Source: an uncultured euryarchaeote
GTDB lineage: Archaea > Thermoplasmatota > Poseidoniia > Poseidoniales > Poseidoniaceae
NCBI GenBank assembly: GCA_937892945.1
Contig: CALBIL010000073.1
Location: forward strand, 1,470-65,469
Reading direction: 5' to 3'
Length of the DNA: 64,000 nucleotides
The notes below the pieces were generated by a model, which was given only the letters and a program-made list of their open reading frames with translations, had not been told where the DNA came from and made no database searches. Both the position numbers and the translations under genes were made by a program. This document shows positions 52,440 to 61,643 of this stretch, piece after piece. Every line of letters begins with the position of its first letter. Within the stretch, counting starts at the first letter, position 1.

Positions 52440-53237
52440 TCAGAACAAATCATCAAGATTCGGAAGCGTAGGAAGTGTAGATTCTCCCGATTTGCCCTTA
52501 TTGTCTGCTTCAAACAAATCATCAAGGTCTGGCATCCCAGATACAACCACTTGAGGGGATTCGGTTTCTGGGATTTGGGTTGCACCGGGAAGTGGAATGT
52601 GCTCGATGCCAGTCGTTTGGAACTCATGCTTTGACGTTACCCATGGTAAATCAGGTGTTGAACGGACTTCCTTTTGTCCTGGCAAGGGTATGTTTTCAAC
52701 CTTCATTCTTTCAAAGCCTTCTTGTGTCGTGCTTGAAGACTTGAAGACTTCACGGAATTGTTCAGTGTGGGCATGTGGTGCTGGATTATTCCGAACCGAT
52801 TCAGCCCCAATACTACCCGAATTACCGGATGTTAAGGCTGCCATTGCGGAGTTGATATCTTCCGGATTTACACTTTCGGTTTGGCCCAATATGGAAGCGA
52901 CAATACCTTGCGAATCGGTACTGACTGGAGGTTTTGTTTCAAATCCGAACTGGTCGACTTCCGTGGTGGTTGAGATGAAGGTACTGGGCATTGATTCCAT
53001 CGCCTCAAATTGCTCTTCAACCGTCATGGATTCAATCATCAGAATTTCTGTTCGTTCGCGAGAAGCCAAAAAGGAAGTAAGTAAGAGCAGTCCACCAATG
53101 ATGAGGAGAATAATTTCTTCAGTTCCAAAACCATCTGCGAGACCAAGTTTCAGAACAAAACTCACGAGACAAAGAATCAATGTAATCGTTCCCAAAGCGA
53201 GGGTCGCCGTAGCGAGTCGAGGTGCTTTAGGGTCCAT
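52440..53237 (-). CDS. hypothetical membrane-anchored acidic protein with repeated short linear motifs
   Basis: 265 aa. It has two N-terminal TM helices and then an S/T/E/P-rich region. IPLPG occurs twice and the C-terminus reads MPDLDDLFEADNKGKSGESTLPTLPNLDDLF. The 285-aa opposite-strand ORF is Cys/Ser/Arg-rich and also runs antisense into folD, so this strand is preferred. Confidence 0.55.
   Translation of the reverse strand: MDPKAPRLATATLALGTITLILCLVSFVLKLGLADGFGTEEIILLIIGGLLLLTSFLASRERTEILMIESMTVEEQFEAMESMPSTFISTTTEVDQFGFETKPPVSTDSQGIVASILGQTESVNPEDINSAMAALTSGNSGSIGAESVRNNPAPHAHTEQFREVFKSSSTTQEGFERMKVENIPLPGQKEVRSTPDLPWVTSKHEFQTTGIEHIPLPGATQIPETESPQVVVSGMPDLDDLFEADNKGKSGESTLPTLPNLDDLF
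52444..52526 (-). repeat. in-frame 14-nt direct repeat (plus strand aacaaatcatcaag at 52444..52457 and 52513..52526) encoding the duplicated LDDLF C-terminal motif
   Basis: Both copies were read directly. The offset is 69 nt, or 23 codons. Confidence 0.8.
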
Positions 53238-53275
53238 GACAAATGAACCTAAAAGGCATCAACCTATGAGTGTTG

Positions 53276-54154
53276 TTAAGCGATGTCGGACTGTTCTGCG
53301 GCTCGAACGGTATTCTCCATCAGCATGGCAATTGTCATTGGACCCACTCCACCTGGAACTGGTGAAAGCCAAGAGGCTTTGCTTGCCACTTCAGGGTGGA
53401 CATCACCAGCAAGGCGCCAACCGCGCTCCCGACTGCTGTCATCAACTCGATTGATTCCAACATCAATAACAACAGCACCTTCCTTAATCCAATCTGCAGT
53501 CACCATTTCTGGTCGTCCAACTGCAGCGATGACAATGTCTGCACTTGCACACAAAGCTGCGGTGTTCTTGGTACGTGAATGAGCAACGGTTACCGTTGAG
53601 TCAACACCTTTGGCACCGAGTAAGAGTGATTGTGGCATGCCGACGATACGAGAACGACCGAGAACAACTGCTGTTTTCCCTTCAGTTTCGATACCTGCCC
53701 ATGACAACATTCGCATGACTCCGCTTGGCGTGCACGGTAACATCCCATCGAAACGCCCTTGAACCAATCGCCCAAGGTTTTGTGGATGGAAGCCATCAAC
53801 ATCCTTGACAGGATCAATTAAATCGGTTAATCCTTCTTCGTTCATGTGATTGGGCAAGGGTGATTGAACAAGAATCCCATGAAGGCCACTTTGTTCATTC
53901 AAAGAGAGTATCGCATCACGTACGTGTTCTTCTGTCGAATCAGCGGCCAATTCAATGTGGGTACTTTGGATGCCAAGACGTTCACATGCCCGAACTTTGG
54001 AACCAACATAGACGTGACTGGCAGGATCATCACCGACAATTACAACTGCCAAATGGGGTTGGATACCCTTTTCTTTACATGCTGCAATTCGGATGAGGAG
54101 TCCCTCTTCGACTTCCGCTGCGCAGGCTTTGCCATCCAATCGTTGGGCTACCAT
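53276..54154 (-). CDS. folD: bifunctional methylenetetrahydrofolate dehydrogenase / methenyltetrahydrofolate cyclohydrolase FolD
   Basis: ORF 53276..54310(-). The internal Met at 54154 gives MVAQRLDGKACAAEVEEGL...PHLAVVIVGDDPASHVYVGSKVRACE..GI......L....TE......I..LN......GILVQSPLP...D.VKDVDGFHP.N.G.L....CTP.G....L...GI...GK.AVVLGRSRIVGMP...LL......TVTVAHSRT, which is canonical FolD. Confidence 0.9.
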   Translation of the reverse strand: MVAQRLDGKACAAEVEEGLLIRIAACKEKGIQPHLAVVIVGDDPASHVYVGSKVRACERLGIQSTHIELAADSTEEHVRDAILSLNEQSGLHGILVQSPLPNHMNEEGLTDLIDPVKDVDGFHPQNLGRLVQGRFDGMLPCTPSGVMRMLSWAGIETEGKTAVVLGRSRIVGMPQSLLLGAKGVDSTVTVAHSRTKNTAALCASADIVIAAVGRPEMVTADWIKEGAVVIDVGINRVDDSSRERGWRLAGDVHPEVASKASWLSPVPGGVGPMTIAMLMENTVRAAEQSDIA

Positions 54155-54306
54155 GGCCAACCCACTGAACCCTTGACTTTGAGGATTCGCTTTACGGTAC
54201 TCAATCACCAACAACGGTTCTGTGCGAACTGTATGTGTAATCTGTACTGAAATCAAAGGCACAATGCTGAGGCTTTGACGGGATGGACAGAATCGCTGAA
54301 TTCTGT

Positions 54307-55065
54307 TCAAGAACTATCGTCTGAATAGAAAATTGAAACTGATTGCTGCACGGAAATATAATCCTGTCCATCTTCATAGTTGATTCTTAATTCATGGGCA
54401 AGATACGTGCTGAAATGAAGAGTGTCCCAAGTCACCGATTCACCATCATTCACCTGACTTCTTTTACTCTGACAGACATCGTTGTACTCATCAGCAATGT
54501 TCCAAGAGATTTCAACAGACCGTCCACCAACCCCAACTCCATCAAGAAGTGTTGGGTTTTCAATGGTTGAGTTGATGACCACAAACAGTGGTTTCACACC
54601 ACCATTGGCTGGGTTCGGATTGTACATCAATGTTTGAGGTTCATTTGTGTTTGATTCAGTCCAGTCGATACGCAAATCGATTTGAATGTCAAGTGAAGTG
54701 TTGAGTTGCAAGTTTGAAGCATCGATCACATAGGCAGTAAGGTTGTAGATTCCATGTTCAAAGAATTCGATTGTAACGGTCGAACTTTTTGAAGCATCTG
54801 TTGTGACAGGGGCGTTCCCATCCATAAGGTCAATACCGAAAGTCACCAAACTATTCTCGCTGGTTGTCTTTGAGAAATCAAAATCAATGCTCACGTTTGA
54901 CCAAGACACTTGTTCACCCTCGGAATACGACTCAACGACCGTTCCGTTCATTGCGCTTGCTTCGACGATGAGTTCGAAATTCGTTTCATTTTCACTTTGC
55001 GCTAAGCAGCCAACAAGGCTGGATGAACAGAGGAGAAGAACCAACACTAAACCGGCTCTCCACAT
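54307..55065 (-). CDS. secreted/lipid-anchored beta-rich protein (hypothetical)
   Basis: ORF 54307..55077(-). The track start is GTG and the ATG at 55065 is preferred. MWRAGLVLVLLLCSSSLVGCLAQ is a signal peptide with a lipobox-like LVGC. The rest is N/S/T/D-rich and beta-strand-like. Confidence 0.6.
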   Translation of the reverse strand: MWRAGLVLVLLLCSSSLVGCLAQSENETNFELIVEASAMNGTVVESYSEGEQVSWSNVSIDFDFSKTTSENSLVTFGIDLMDGNAPVTTDASKSSTVTIEFFEHGIYNLTAYVIDASNLQLNTSLDIQIDLRIDWTESNTNEPQTLMYNPNPANGGVKPLFVVINSTIENPTLLDGVGVGGRSVEISWNIADEYNDVCQSKRSQVNDGESVTWDTLHFSTYLAHELRINYEDGQDYISVQQSVSIFYSDDSS

Positions 55066-55086
55066 ACTTTGATCCACCTGCAGTTT

Positions 55087-55096
55087 GTATAAAAAA
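55087..55096 (-). promoter_or_regulatory. TATA box (TTTTTTATAC) centred about 26 nt upstream of the ATG at 55065 (leaderless-type spacing)
   Basis: The minus strand reads ATTTTTTATACAAACTGCAGGTGGATCAAAGTATG. The spacing supports the ATG at 55065 over the GTG at 55077. Confidence 0.4.
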
Positions 55097-55247
55097 TTGA
55101 TTCATCCACTGAAATCAACTCATCCCAAGACATCATGTCAGTCATTCAGTTTGTGCTCAATCTCGAATTTGGATGAGAATAAAATGAAAGCATAAGAATC
55201 CATCAACTTGGGATTCTCGAATCACTCGCTCAAAGCGAATGATAAGG

Positions 55248-55320
55248 AGCCTGCGGAGGGACTCGAACCCCCGGCCTTCGGATTACAAATCCGATGCACT
55301 ACCAGCTATGCTACACAGGC
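55248..55320 (-). tRNA. tRNA-Thr (anticodon TGT)
   Basis: Folded by hand from the reverse complement GCCTGTGTAGCATAGCTGGTAGTGCATCGGATTTGTAATCCGAAGGCCGGGGGTTCGAGTCCCTCCGCAGGC(T). It has a 7-bp acceptor stem (one G-U), the anticodon stem TCGGA/TCCGA with loop TTTGTAA, and a T arm with GTTCGAGTC. There is no intron and no encoded CCA. Confidence 0.9.
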
Positions 55321-55453
55321 GACGAACTGTCCCACACACTTACCCTTGATGAATGAAACGGATAGAATGCAAGGGAATTCTGTGATTCAAAGCCGCGAAA
55401 AAAGGAACGAATCAAAGAGACAAGTCAAAGAACAGTGCCGTATTCGGAGAGGC

Positions 55454-56740
55454 ATGAACCCTGATGCTGGTGCTGGATTACTCAACTCCTATGCACAGAC
55501 AAAGGTCGGAAATGATACCATTTTTGGGTGGTGGGGGCGTTATCAAAAAGCCATCGCAGAAGGTATTGATGCAGTCAATGGAACGATTGGTGCATTACTC
55601 GAAGACGATGGCTCTCTCGCCATTAACCAAGTCGTCGATGAAGCCATTCGAATTGCACCGGCTGTTGAAATCGCCGCCTATGCACCTTTGAAGGGACTCC
55701 CTGCATTTCTTGATTTAGCAAAGACATTAGCGCTTGGAGAACATCGAGAACCCCTCGCCGAACTCGGAATTTCGATGACGGCCACTGCCACACCGGGTGG
55801 CTCGGGTGCACTGTACCTTGCTGCAGCAAATTTCGCTAATAGAGGAGATAAAGTATTGCTCCGTGACCGATATTGGGGACCCTACAAAGGTTTTTTGTCC
55901 GGTTGTGACCTTGGTATCGAAACGTATCCACTCTTGCCTTCAACGCCAAATGAAGTGCATCCATTTGTCGATGTTGAAGGGTTTCGAAGCCAACTCGCCT
56001 CACTCTGTTCTTCACAGGACAAAGTGATGATTTGGTTAAACGATCCTGCACATAATCCAACCGGCCTCTCATTGACTCCCGAAGGGCGTATGGCTTTTTT
56101 AGAAGCGGTCATGGAAAGTGCCTCTTCCAACGAGCATGTCGGGCACACATTGCTTATCGATTCTGCATATCATTTGTATGCAGAAGACCCACATGGCTGG
56201 GGACAAACAGTACGTGAAACAATTGAAGAAGGCTGGCCTTGGACCGAAAACTTACTGATTACATTCGCTGTATCTCTCTCGAAATCACATACAATCTATG
56301 GGTTACGTACCGGTGCTTTGGTGAGCATTCATCCTGACGCAGAAGTCATTGAAAAGATTGGAACAGTGATGGGCGTCACTGGCCGGCAAACTTGGTCTGC
56401 AGCACCAAGAATTGCACAGTACACCATCAGTGAAATGCATTCATCTTCCGAAGGTGGAGATGCGTGGGGCAAAGAACGGGACCGATTGAAGTCTCTCCTT
56501 GTAACCCGTCGAGACCTCTTCAAGGAATGGTGTGAAAAACTCAATGTCCCAATCAATCCAACGCATGATGGGTTTTTTGCTTGGCTCGAACATGACGACC
56601 CTGAAACAGTTGCTGAAAAATGTGCGCAACAGAATGTGTTTCTCGTACCCCTAACTGGTGGCGTACGAATCGGATTATGTGCAGTTCCTTTGGGACACAT
56701 ACCTCGTGTCGCCGAGGCCTTGGCTCAGGCACTTAAGTGA
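55454..56740 (+). CDS. class I aminotransferase (aspartate/aromatic AspC-TyrB-like)
   Basis: ORF 55208..56740 overlaps tRNA-Thr at its 5' end. The internal ATG at 55454 is preceded by GGAGAGG. It reads VNGTIGALLEDDGS...YAPLKGLP.F......L....ATATPGGSGALYLAA...YWGPY...NDPAHNPTG....SLSKSHTIYGLRTGAL, which is an AspC-like layout. Confidence 0.85.
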   Translation: MNPDAGAGLLNSYAQTKVGNDTIFGWWGRYQKAIAEGIDAVNGTIGALLEDDGSLAINQVVDEAIRIAPAVEIAAYAPLKGLPAFLDLAKTLALGEHREPLAELGISMTATATPGGSGALYLAAANFANRGDKVLLRDRYWGPYKGFLSGCDLGIETYPLLPSTPNEVHPFVDVEGFRSQLASLCSSQDKVMIWLNDPAHNPTGLSLTPEGRMAFLEAVMESASSNEHVGHTLLIDSAYHLYAEDPHGWGQTVRETIEEGWPWTENLLITFAVSLSKSHTIYGLRTGALVSIHPDAEVIEKIGTVMGVTGRQTWSAAPRIAQYTISEMHSSSEGGDAWGKERDRLKSLLVTRRDLFKEWCEKLNVPINPTHDGFFAWLEHDDPETVAEKCAQQNVFLVPLTGGVRIGLCAVPLGHIPRVAEALAQALK

Positions 56741-56749
56741 GGAATTATC

Positions 56750-57124
56750 ATGCAAAACGTACGTGAAAACTTCCTCATTGCAGGCATTATTTGCTTAACT
56801 GCTGGTGCGTTTTTTAGTGTCGCAGGAGTTTTGTCATTGGCCGGGACAATTGGTTTGAGTGGAATCGTATTATTTATACTTGGAATGACAATGAAATCAA
56901 ACCAAGGATTGTCACCGGAAGATATTGCCAACTGGACCCCTGAATCAACCCAACTCCCCGATGCTGGTCGTGTCATGTATCGTGTTGATGTCACGCTCGA
57001 TGAGCCAAAAAAGTGCACAGTTCTTTGTGGACCTTGTGGACATTTAGAGTCACTTGAGACCGATCGTCCCCTCGAATACACCTGCCCTGCCTGTTCAATT
57101 ATCCTCTGGGATGAAGAAGAATAA
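56750..57124 (+). CDS. small membrane protein with C-terminal zinc ribbon (hypothetical)
   Basis: 124 aa. It has two TM helices and then CGPCGH...CPAC. It starts 9 nt after the aminotransferase stop. Confidence 0.55.
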   Translation: MQNVRENFLIAGIICLTAGAFFSVAGVLSLAGTIGLSGIVLFILGMTMKSNQGLSPEDIANWTPESTQLPDAGRVMYRVDVTLDEPKKCTVLCGPCGHLESLETDRPLEYTCPACSIILWDEEE

Positions 57125-57210
57125 CTGGCACATCGAAGAAGTTCACAAAAAGCCTCGAATGGACTGTTCCACTCCATAGAATTGAAGGGCATGAAACATT
57201 ACGAACCAAC

Positions 57211-58695
57211 ATGGACGCAGACGCTTTGCTCAACCCTGAGCGTAGAATGTTACGCGTCATGCAGGAAAAAAGTGGACATGATTGGACACTTGCTGAAATT
57301 CTCAGTTCCTGTGAATGGATTGACCAAGCAATCGCAGTTGGCGCAGGACACGGCCTCAGTAACATTGGCTATGTCTCGACAACTGAAACCAGTTCAGCCA
57401 TTGTCCGTCTTGCAGATGAAGGACAGAAAGCGAAAGAGAACGGACTTCTTGAAGCTCGAATATGGAAATGGATATCGGATTCCGAAACGCCGAGTATGGC
57501 AGACTTACAATCACATTTTGAACGCCATGAGGCAGGGCCGGGTGTTGGGCTCTTGAAGCGATTAGGCGTGCAACTTGAAGGTGGGGTTTTTGTCGCTGCA
57601 AACCCTTCTGCTGTCGATATGGGTATCCAAGCACGTACAGCATTCATTCAGTCTTTACCAGCAGCATCGGAAGCACTTGATGTTAATCTTATGGAACATT
57701 TCAAATCTCGACGCGGATTGATTGAGTCGGTGATTTCAACCACTCGTACTTGGTCTCTTACACCTCAAGGCCAATCGGTCAGTGCAGAAGCGTTAGTCGA
57801 GAAGCAATCCATCAGTGAAATCACATCGGAGTTACTTCAATCGGATGCTTGGAAAGATGCAGATTATCGACCCTTCGACGTTACTCTTGAGTCTGCAACT
57901 CCCCGAACGGGTCGTAGCCATCCAATGCAAGCTTTGATTGAACGAGTACGGAGTATCTTTTTGGAGATGGGGTTTTCAGAATTAGTCGATGATTATGTCC
58001 AAACTGCGGGATGGAATATGGATGCACTGTTTATTCCTCAAGACCATCCTGCTCGAGAAATGCAAGACACGTTCTATCTTGAAGACCCGAAATCGATCGA
58101 ACTTCCAAAGCATCTCACTGATGCATGGGGTGCAATTCACGAACACGGTGGAGACACTGGCTCCGTTGGATGGGGCGGGAAGTTTTCCGCTGAAACGTCC
58201 GAGAAAGGTTTGTTGCGAACACATACGACAGTCAACACCATCCAATACCTTGCAGCTCATCCAAAAGATGCTTGCCGAGTATTTTCAGTTGACCGTGTGT
58301 TCCGAAAAGAAGCAATCGACCGTACACACTTACCTGAATTTCACCAAATTGAAGGCATCATCATGGAGGAAGGAGCAAACCTGCAAATGCTTGTAGCAAC
58401 CCTCAAAACATTCTATGCAAAGATGGGCTACCCTGAAGTTCGTGTACGTCCTGCATATTTCCCTTACACAGAACCGAGCCTTGAGATCGAAGTGAAATGG
58501 CGAGGGAAGTGGCTTGAGTTAGGTGGGGCAGGAATATTCCGACCTGAAGTGACAGAACCGCTCGGGATTTCGACTCCAGTTCTTGCTTGGGGCATGGGAC
58601 TTGAACGATTGGCTATGCTGGTTCTGGGCCTTGATGATATTCGACAACTCTACATCTCCGATTTGGAGTGGTTGCGAAATCAACCAATTCTTTGA
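57211..58695 (+). CDS. pheS: phenylalanine--tRNA ligase alpha subunit, archaeal/eukaryotic type
   Basis: 494 aa. N-terminal winged-helix-like repeats are followed by the class II core: HPMQ..IERVR.IF..MGF, PQDHPAREMQDTFYL, LLRTHTT, FRKEAIDRTHLPEFHQIEGI and GAGIFRPEV...WGMGLERLAM. Confidence 0.93.
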   Translation: MDADALLNPERRMLRVMQEKSGHDWTLAEILSSCEWIDQAIAVGAGHGLSNIGYVSTTETSSAIVRLADEGQKAKENGLLEARIWKWISDSETPSMADLQSHFERHEAGPGVGLLKRLGVQLEGGVFVAANPSAVDMGIQARTAFIQSLPAASEALDVNLMEHFKSRRGLIESVISTTRTWSLTPQGQSVSAEALVEKQSISEITSELLQSDAWKDADYRPFDVTLESATPRTGRSHPMQALIERVRSIFLEMGFSELVDDYVQTAGWNMDALFIPQDHPAREMQDTFYLEDPKSIELPKHLTDAWGAIHEHGGDTGSVGWGGKFSAETSEKGLLRTHTTVNTIQYLAAHPKDACRVFSVDRVFRKEAIDRTHLPEFHQIEGIIMEEGANLQMLVATLKTFYAKMGYPEVRVRPAYFPYTEPSLEIEVKWRGKWLELGGAGIFRPEVTEPLGISTPVLAWGMGLERLAMLVLGLDDIRQLYISDLEWLRNQPIL

Positions 58696-58831
58696 CGGCG
58701 TTTGAAGTGAATGGCTAGACCAGCCGATAGCACATCTATTCATCAATCGAGTATTTAGGCAAAGAGATTTGAGGCGTGCTTGTAGTCCCCCGTAAATCTT
58801 GATTTTAGGACTACCACGGAACAGGATTTCA

Positions 58832-60175
58832 ATGACTGACTTTCAATCTCTTGGTCTTTCAGAGACCTTACTTCGCGCTGTTAAATCAGAGGGTTATACA
58901 ACCCCAACACCTGTACAAGAACAATCAATTCCACCTCTCTTAGAAGGCAGGGATGTGCTCGGTGTAGCACAAACTGGAACCGGGAAAACTGCAGCATTTG
59001 CATTACCAGTTCTCCAAATAATGAGTCGCAAGCAACCTCAAGGTAAGCGGTTTATTCGAGCGTTAATTCTTTCACCAACTCGCGAACTAGCAGCTCAAAT
59101 CGATGAACGTTTTGCTGCATACAGTGAACACATGGATGTCCGACATCGCGTCATCTTTGGAGGAGTGAACCAAAACCCACAAGTTCGTGCTTTACAAAAG
59201 GGATTGGACATTCTTGTGGCAACTCCTGGGCGCTTGTTAGACCTCATCGGCCAAGGTCACATTGACCTTGGAAGAGTTGAGTTTTTCGTTCTCGATGAAG
59301 CAGACAGGATGCTCGATATGGGATTCATTCGAGACATTGAGAAGGTCATCAAACTCTTGCCAAAGAAACGCCAAAACCTGTTGTTTAGTGCGACAATGCC
59401 AAAATCGATTGCTAAACTTGCAGGAAGTTTCCTGAACAATGCCGTCATGGTCGATGTCAGTCCAAAAGAGTTGACTGTTGACCGAATTCAACAGAAAATT
59501 ATGTTCCTGAGAAAAGCCGATAAGCGTCGCTTACTGGTTCAACTCATCAAAGAGGAGCGTGTTCAACGTGGCATTGTCTTCACTCGAACAAAGCACGGTG
59601 CGAACCGATTGGTCAAGCAACTGGACCAAAGCAATATTTCTGCTGCAGCAATACACGGAAACAAAAGTCAAGGTGCTCGCACAAAGGCCTTAGCTGGATT
59701 TAAAGATGGAACGATTCCAATACTTGTGGCAACTGATATTGCCAGTCGAGGAATCGACGTCGATGGAATTACTCACGTGTTCAATTATGATTTACCAAAC
59801 GAACCTGAAAGTTATGTTCACCGAATTGGGCGAACAGCACGTGCAGGTAAGAGCGGCATTGCATACGCTTTCTGCGACGACTCAGAAAGCGGCTACCTTG
59901 TTGGAATTCAGGAATTGATTGGGAAAGAGATTCCTGTTAATAGCAGCCATGAATTCCACTTTATTGGTGCGATTCCAAAGCCCGGCCAAAAAGCTGGAAA
60001 GATTAAAGAAAAGTCAAGTGCTAAAAAAAGACCACGTGACAACAATCGTAACCAAAACTCAGGTGGAAATTCACAGAGAAGTTCACGTCCTCAACAGAAG
60101 AGCCGTGGCGGCGGAGGACGAAACAACAACTCTCGTTCTCAAAGACAAGGGGATTCCCGACAACGTCGAGATTGA
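58832..60175 (+). CDS. DEAD-box ATP-dependent RNA helicase (RhlE-like) with Arg/Gly/Ser/Asn-rich tail
   Basis: ORF 58799..60175, with an ATG at 58832. It has a Q-motif context (F..LGL...L.A......TPTPVQ), AQTGTGKT, PTRELA, DEAD, SAT and HRIGRTARAG. The tail reads RPRDNNRNQNSGGNSQRSSRPQQKSRGGGGRNNNSRSQRQG. Confidence 0.93.
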   Translation: MTDFQSLGLSETLLRAVKSEGYTTPTPVQEQSIPPLLEGRDVLGVAQTGTGKTAAFALPVLQIMSRKQPQGKRFIRALILSPTRELAAQIDERFAAYSEHMDVRHRVIFGGVNQNPQVRALQKGLDILVATPGRLLDLIGQGHIDLGRVEFFVLDEADRMLDMGFIRDIEKVIKLLPKKRQNLLFSATMPKSIAKLAGSFLNNAVMVDVSPKELTVDRIQQKIMFLRKADKRRLLVQLIKEERVQRGIVFTRTKHGANRLVKQLDQSNISAAAIHGNKSQGARTKALAGFKDGTIPILVATDIASRGIDVDGITHVFNYDLPNEPESYVHRIGRTARAGKSGIAYAFCDDSESGYLVGIQELIGKEIPVNSSHEFHFIGAIPKPGQKAGKIKEKSSAKKRPRDNNRNQNSGGNSQRSSRPQQKSRGGGGRNNNSRSQRQGDSRQRRD

Positions 60176-60254
60176 TGCGAACCTCAGCAGTAATCCGCTC
60201 TCATCTTTGAGCACTTAACCTGCACGACTTCCGGAGAGGGCTTTCACTGATGGT

Positions 60255-61643
60255 TTAGTCCCGAATGGAGAAATTGAATTTTGGTCCTGTACCTTCGACC
60301 TCGACAGAATCCTTCATGGAATCTCGGATGGTATTGATGTACGATTGTGTTTTCTTTAGTCCAGATTTGAGATTAAAGGCCTCTTTACCGGTCTCAGCCC
60401 AATTATTCGCACTTTGATACTCAATAATCGCCATTCCTAATTTTTGAGAATCTGTGGCACCATCGCGTATAAGTTGTAAGATGAAAGGCTTGAAATCCCA
60501 TTCTTGGTGTCCAATTTTGACAGCATTTGGCGAGACATTTGAAACGACTTTTTGTGACTCATTTGGAACTAAAAATTGAGCGACCTTTTGAAAATAACGA
60601 TCGACGTTCTCCTTGTAAAGTTCCTTTCCTTCAATGTATTCTGCTTGGCCTGTTCTTGATGAAATGTCTTCCAACATTCGTTGAATCATGAGATTTGAAT
60701 CCATATCCAATGCTTGCTGAGAGATGGAGTTAAATTCACCATCTGTTGAAAAAGCACGCAAAATTGGCTTCAAGACCATACTTGTTCGACTTTTAGAAAC
60801 CACACCCGACTCTTTGAGTGACTCAACGCACTGTTTATACGACGAAAAACCATTATAATTCGTAACAAACCAATTCACTGATTTTGCGAAGTCTTCGGGT
60901 TCCCGAGGTAGCCGCAATCCCTTATTTGCCGTATTCAAATAGGGCACTGATGGATAACGAGCAGTCTTACTTCCTGCATTTTTAGAACCAGAAAGAGCGG
61001 GTACTTTCTTGGAGTGTTGAGTTTTGGAATGACTCGCCGGTTTTTTCGTTGATTGAGAATGTTTTTCTTTGTCTGACTTTTGGTTTTGTTTCGGTTCTTT
61101 CTTCTTCTCGACTTGTTTTGTCGGCTTCGAGGCTTTGACCTTTGACTGACCTTTTCTGGTAGCAGAAAGTGGTGGAACTATTTTGAGAACTTCAGAAGCA
61201 GAATTTACGATCATCTTCGTTGGTGCTTTATTGGATGTAACCCAAACTGAAGACCAACCAGGGATTGCCTTGATTTTTTCAAGTAAATGAGTGAATCCTT
61301 TGTCTCCATGAAAACTAATGTATGCAACTCCAGTGATTCCCCGTTCAGAGAAATCCCTCACTGCTTCATAGGCATCCAAGGACATCATGATGTCGGCATT
61401 ATTATCTCCAGAATCAGCCTGAACTAAACGGAAACCAGCGTTTCTGTATTTCTTACTTTCAACACTCTTCGCACTCCATTTCGAATAGGAATACATCTGT
61501 GTGGCATCACCGCCAAAGTGATTTTCGATTGATTCACGTATCGAATCCGGTTGTGCATGAGCGTTCTCCGCATCAACGTAAACCAGAGCAATTTGCTTAT
61601 TCTCAGGAGGGGTCTCCTTTCTAAACCTGTCAAAGAGACCCAT
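60255..61643 (-). CDS. NYN/LabA-like (PIN-fold nuclease) domain protein with Lys-rich linker and uncharacterised C-terminal domain
   Basis: ORF 60255..61652(-). The track start is GTG and the ATG is at 61643. The N-terminal ~150 aa read IALVYVDAENA...GFRLVQADSGDNNADIMMSLDAYE.......GVAYISFHGDKGFTHLLEKIK, which follows the NYN/LabA pattern (v..D.eN...........k.aaD..l..da......d....isgD.df..l...lr). A ~90-aa K/S/Q-rich linker is followed by a ~230-aa C-terminal region. Confidence 0.65.
   Translation of the reverse strand: MGLFDRFRKETPPENKQIALVYVDAENAHAQPDSIRESIENHFGGDATQMYSYSKWSAKSVESKKYRNAGFRLVQADSGDNNADIMMSLDAYEAVRDFSERGITGVAYISFHGDKGFTHLLEKIKAIPGWSSVWVTSNKAPTKMIVNSASEVLKIVPPLSATRKGQSKVKASKPTKQVEKKKEPKQNQKSDKEKHSQSTKKPASHSKTQHSKKVPALSGSKNAGSKTARYPSVPYLNTANKGLRLPREPEDFAKSVNWFVTNYNGFSSYKQCVESLKESGVVSKSRTSMVLKPILRAFSTDGEFNSISQQALDMDSNLMIQRMLEDISSRTGQAEYIEGKELYKENVDRYFQKVAQFLVPNESQKVVSNVSPNAVKIGHQEWDFKPFILQLIRDGATDSQKLGMAIIEYQSANNWAETGKEAFNLKSGLKKTQSYINTIRDSMKDSVEVEGTGPKFNFSIRD

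Noticed and set aside
52597-53454. 285-aa plus-strand ORF
   Set aside because: It is Cys/Ser/Arg-rich and runs antisense both to the TM-anchored ORF 52440-53237 and into the 3' end of folD. The minus-strand reading has clean TM helices and an in-frame repeat.
55208-55453. N-terminal 82 codons of the 510-aa aminotransferase ORF
   Set aside because: This extension overlaps tRNA-Thr (55248-55320) on the opposite strand and does not look like an aminotransferase. An SD-preceded ATG at 55454 gives a normal AspC-like N-terminus.
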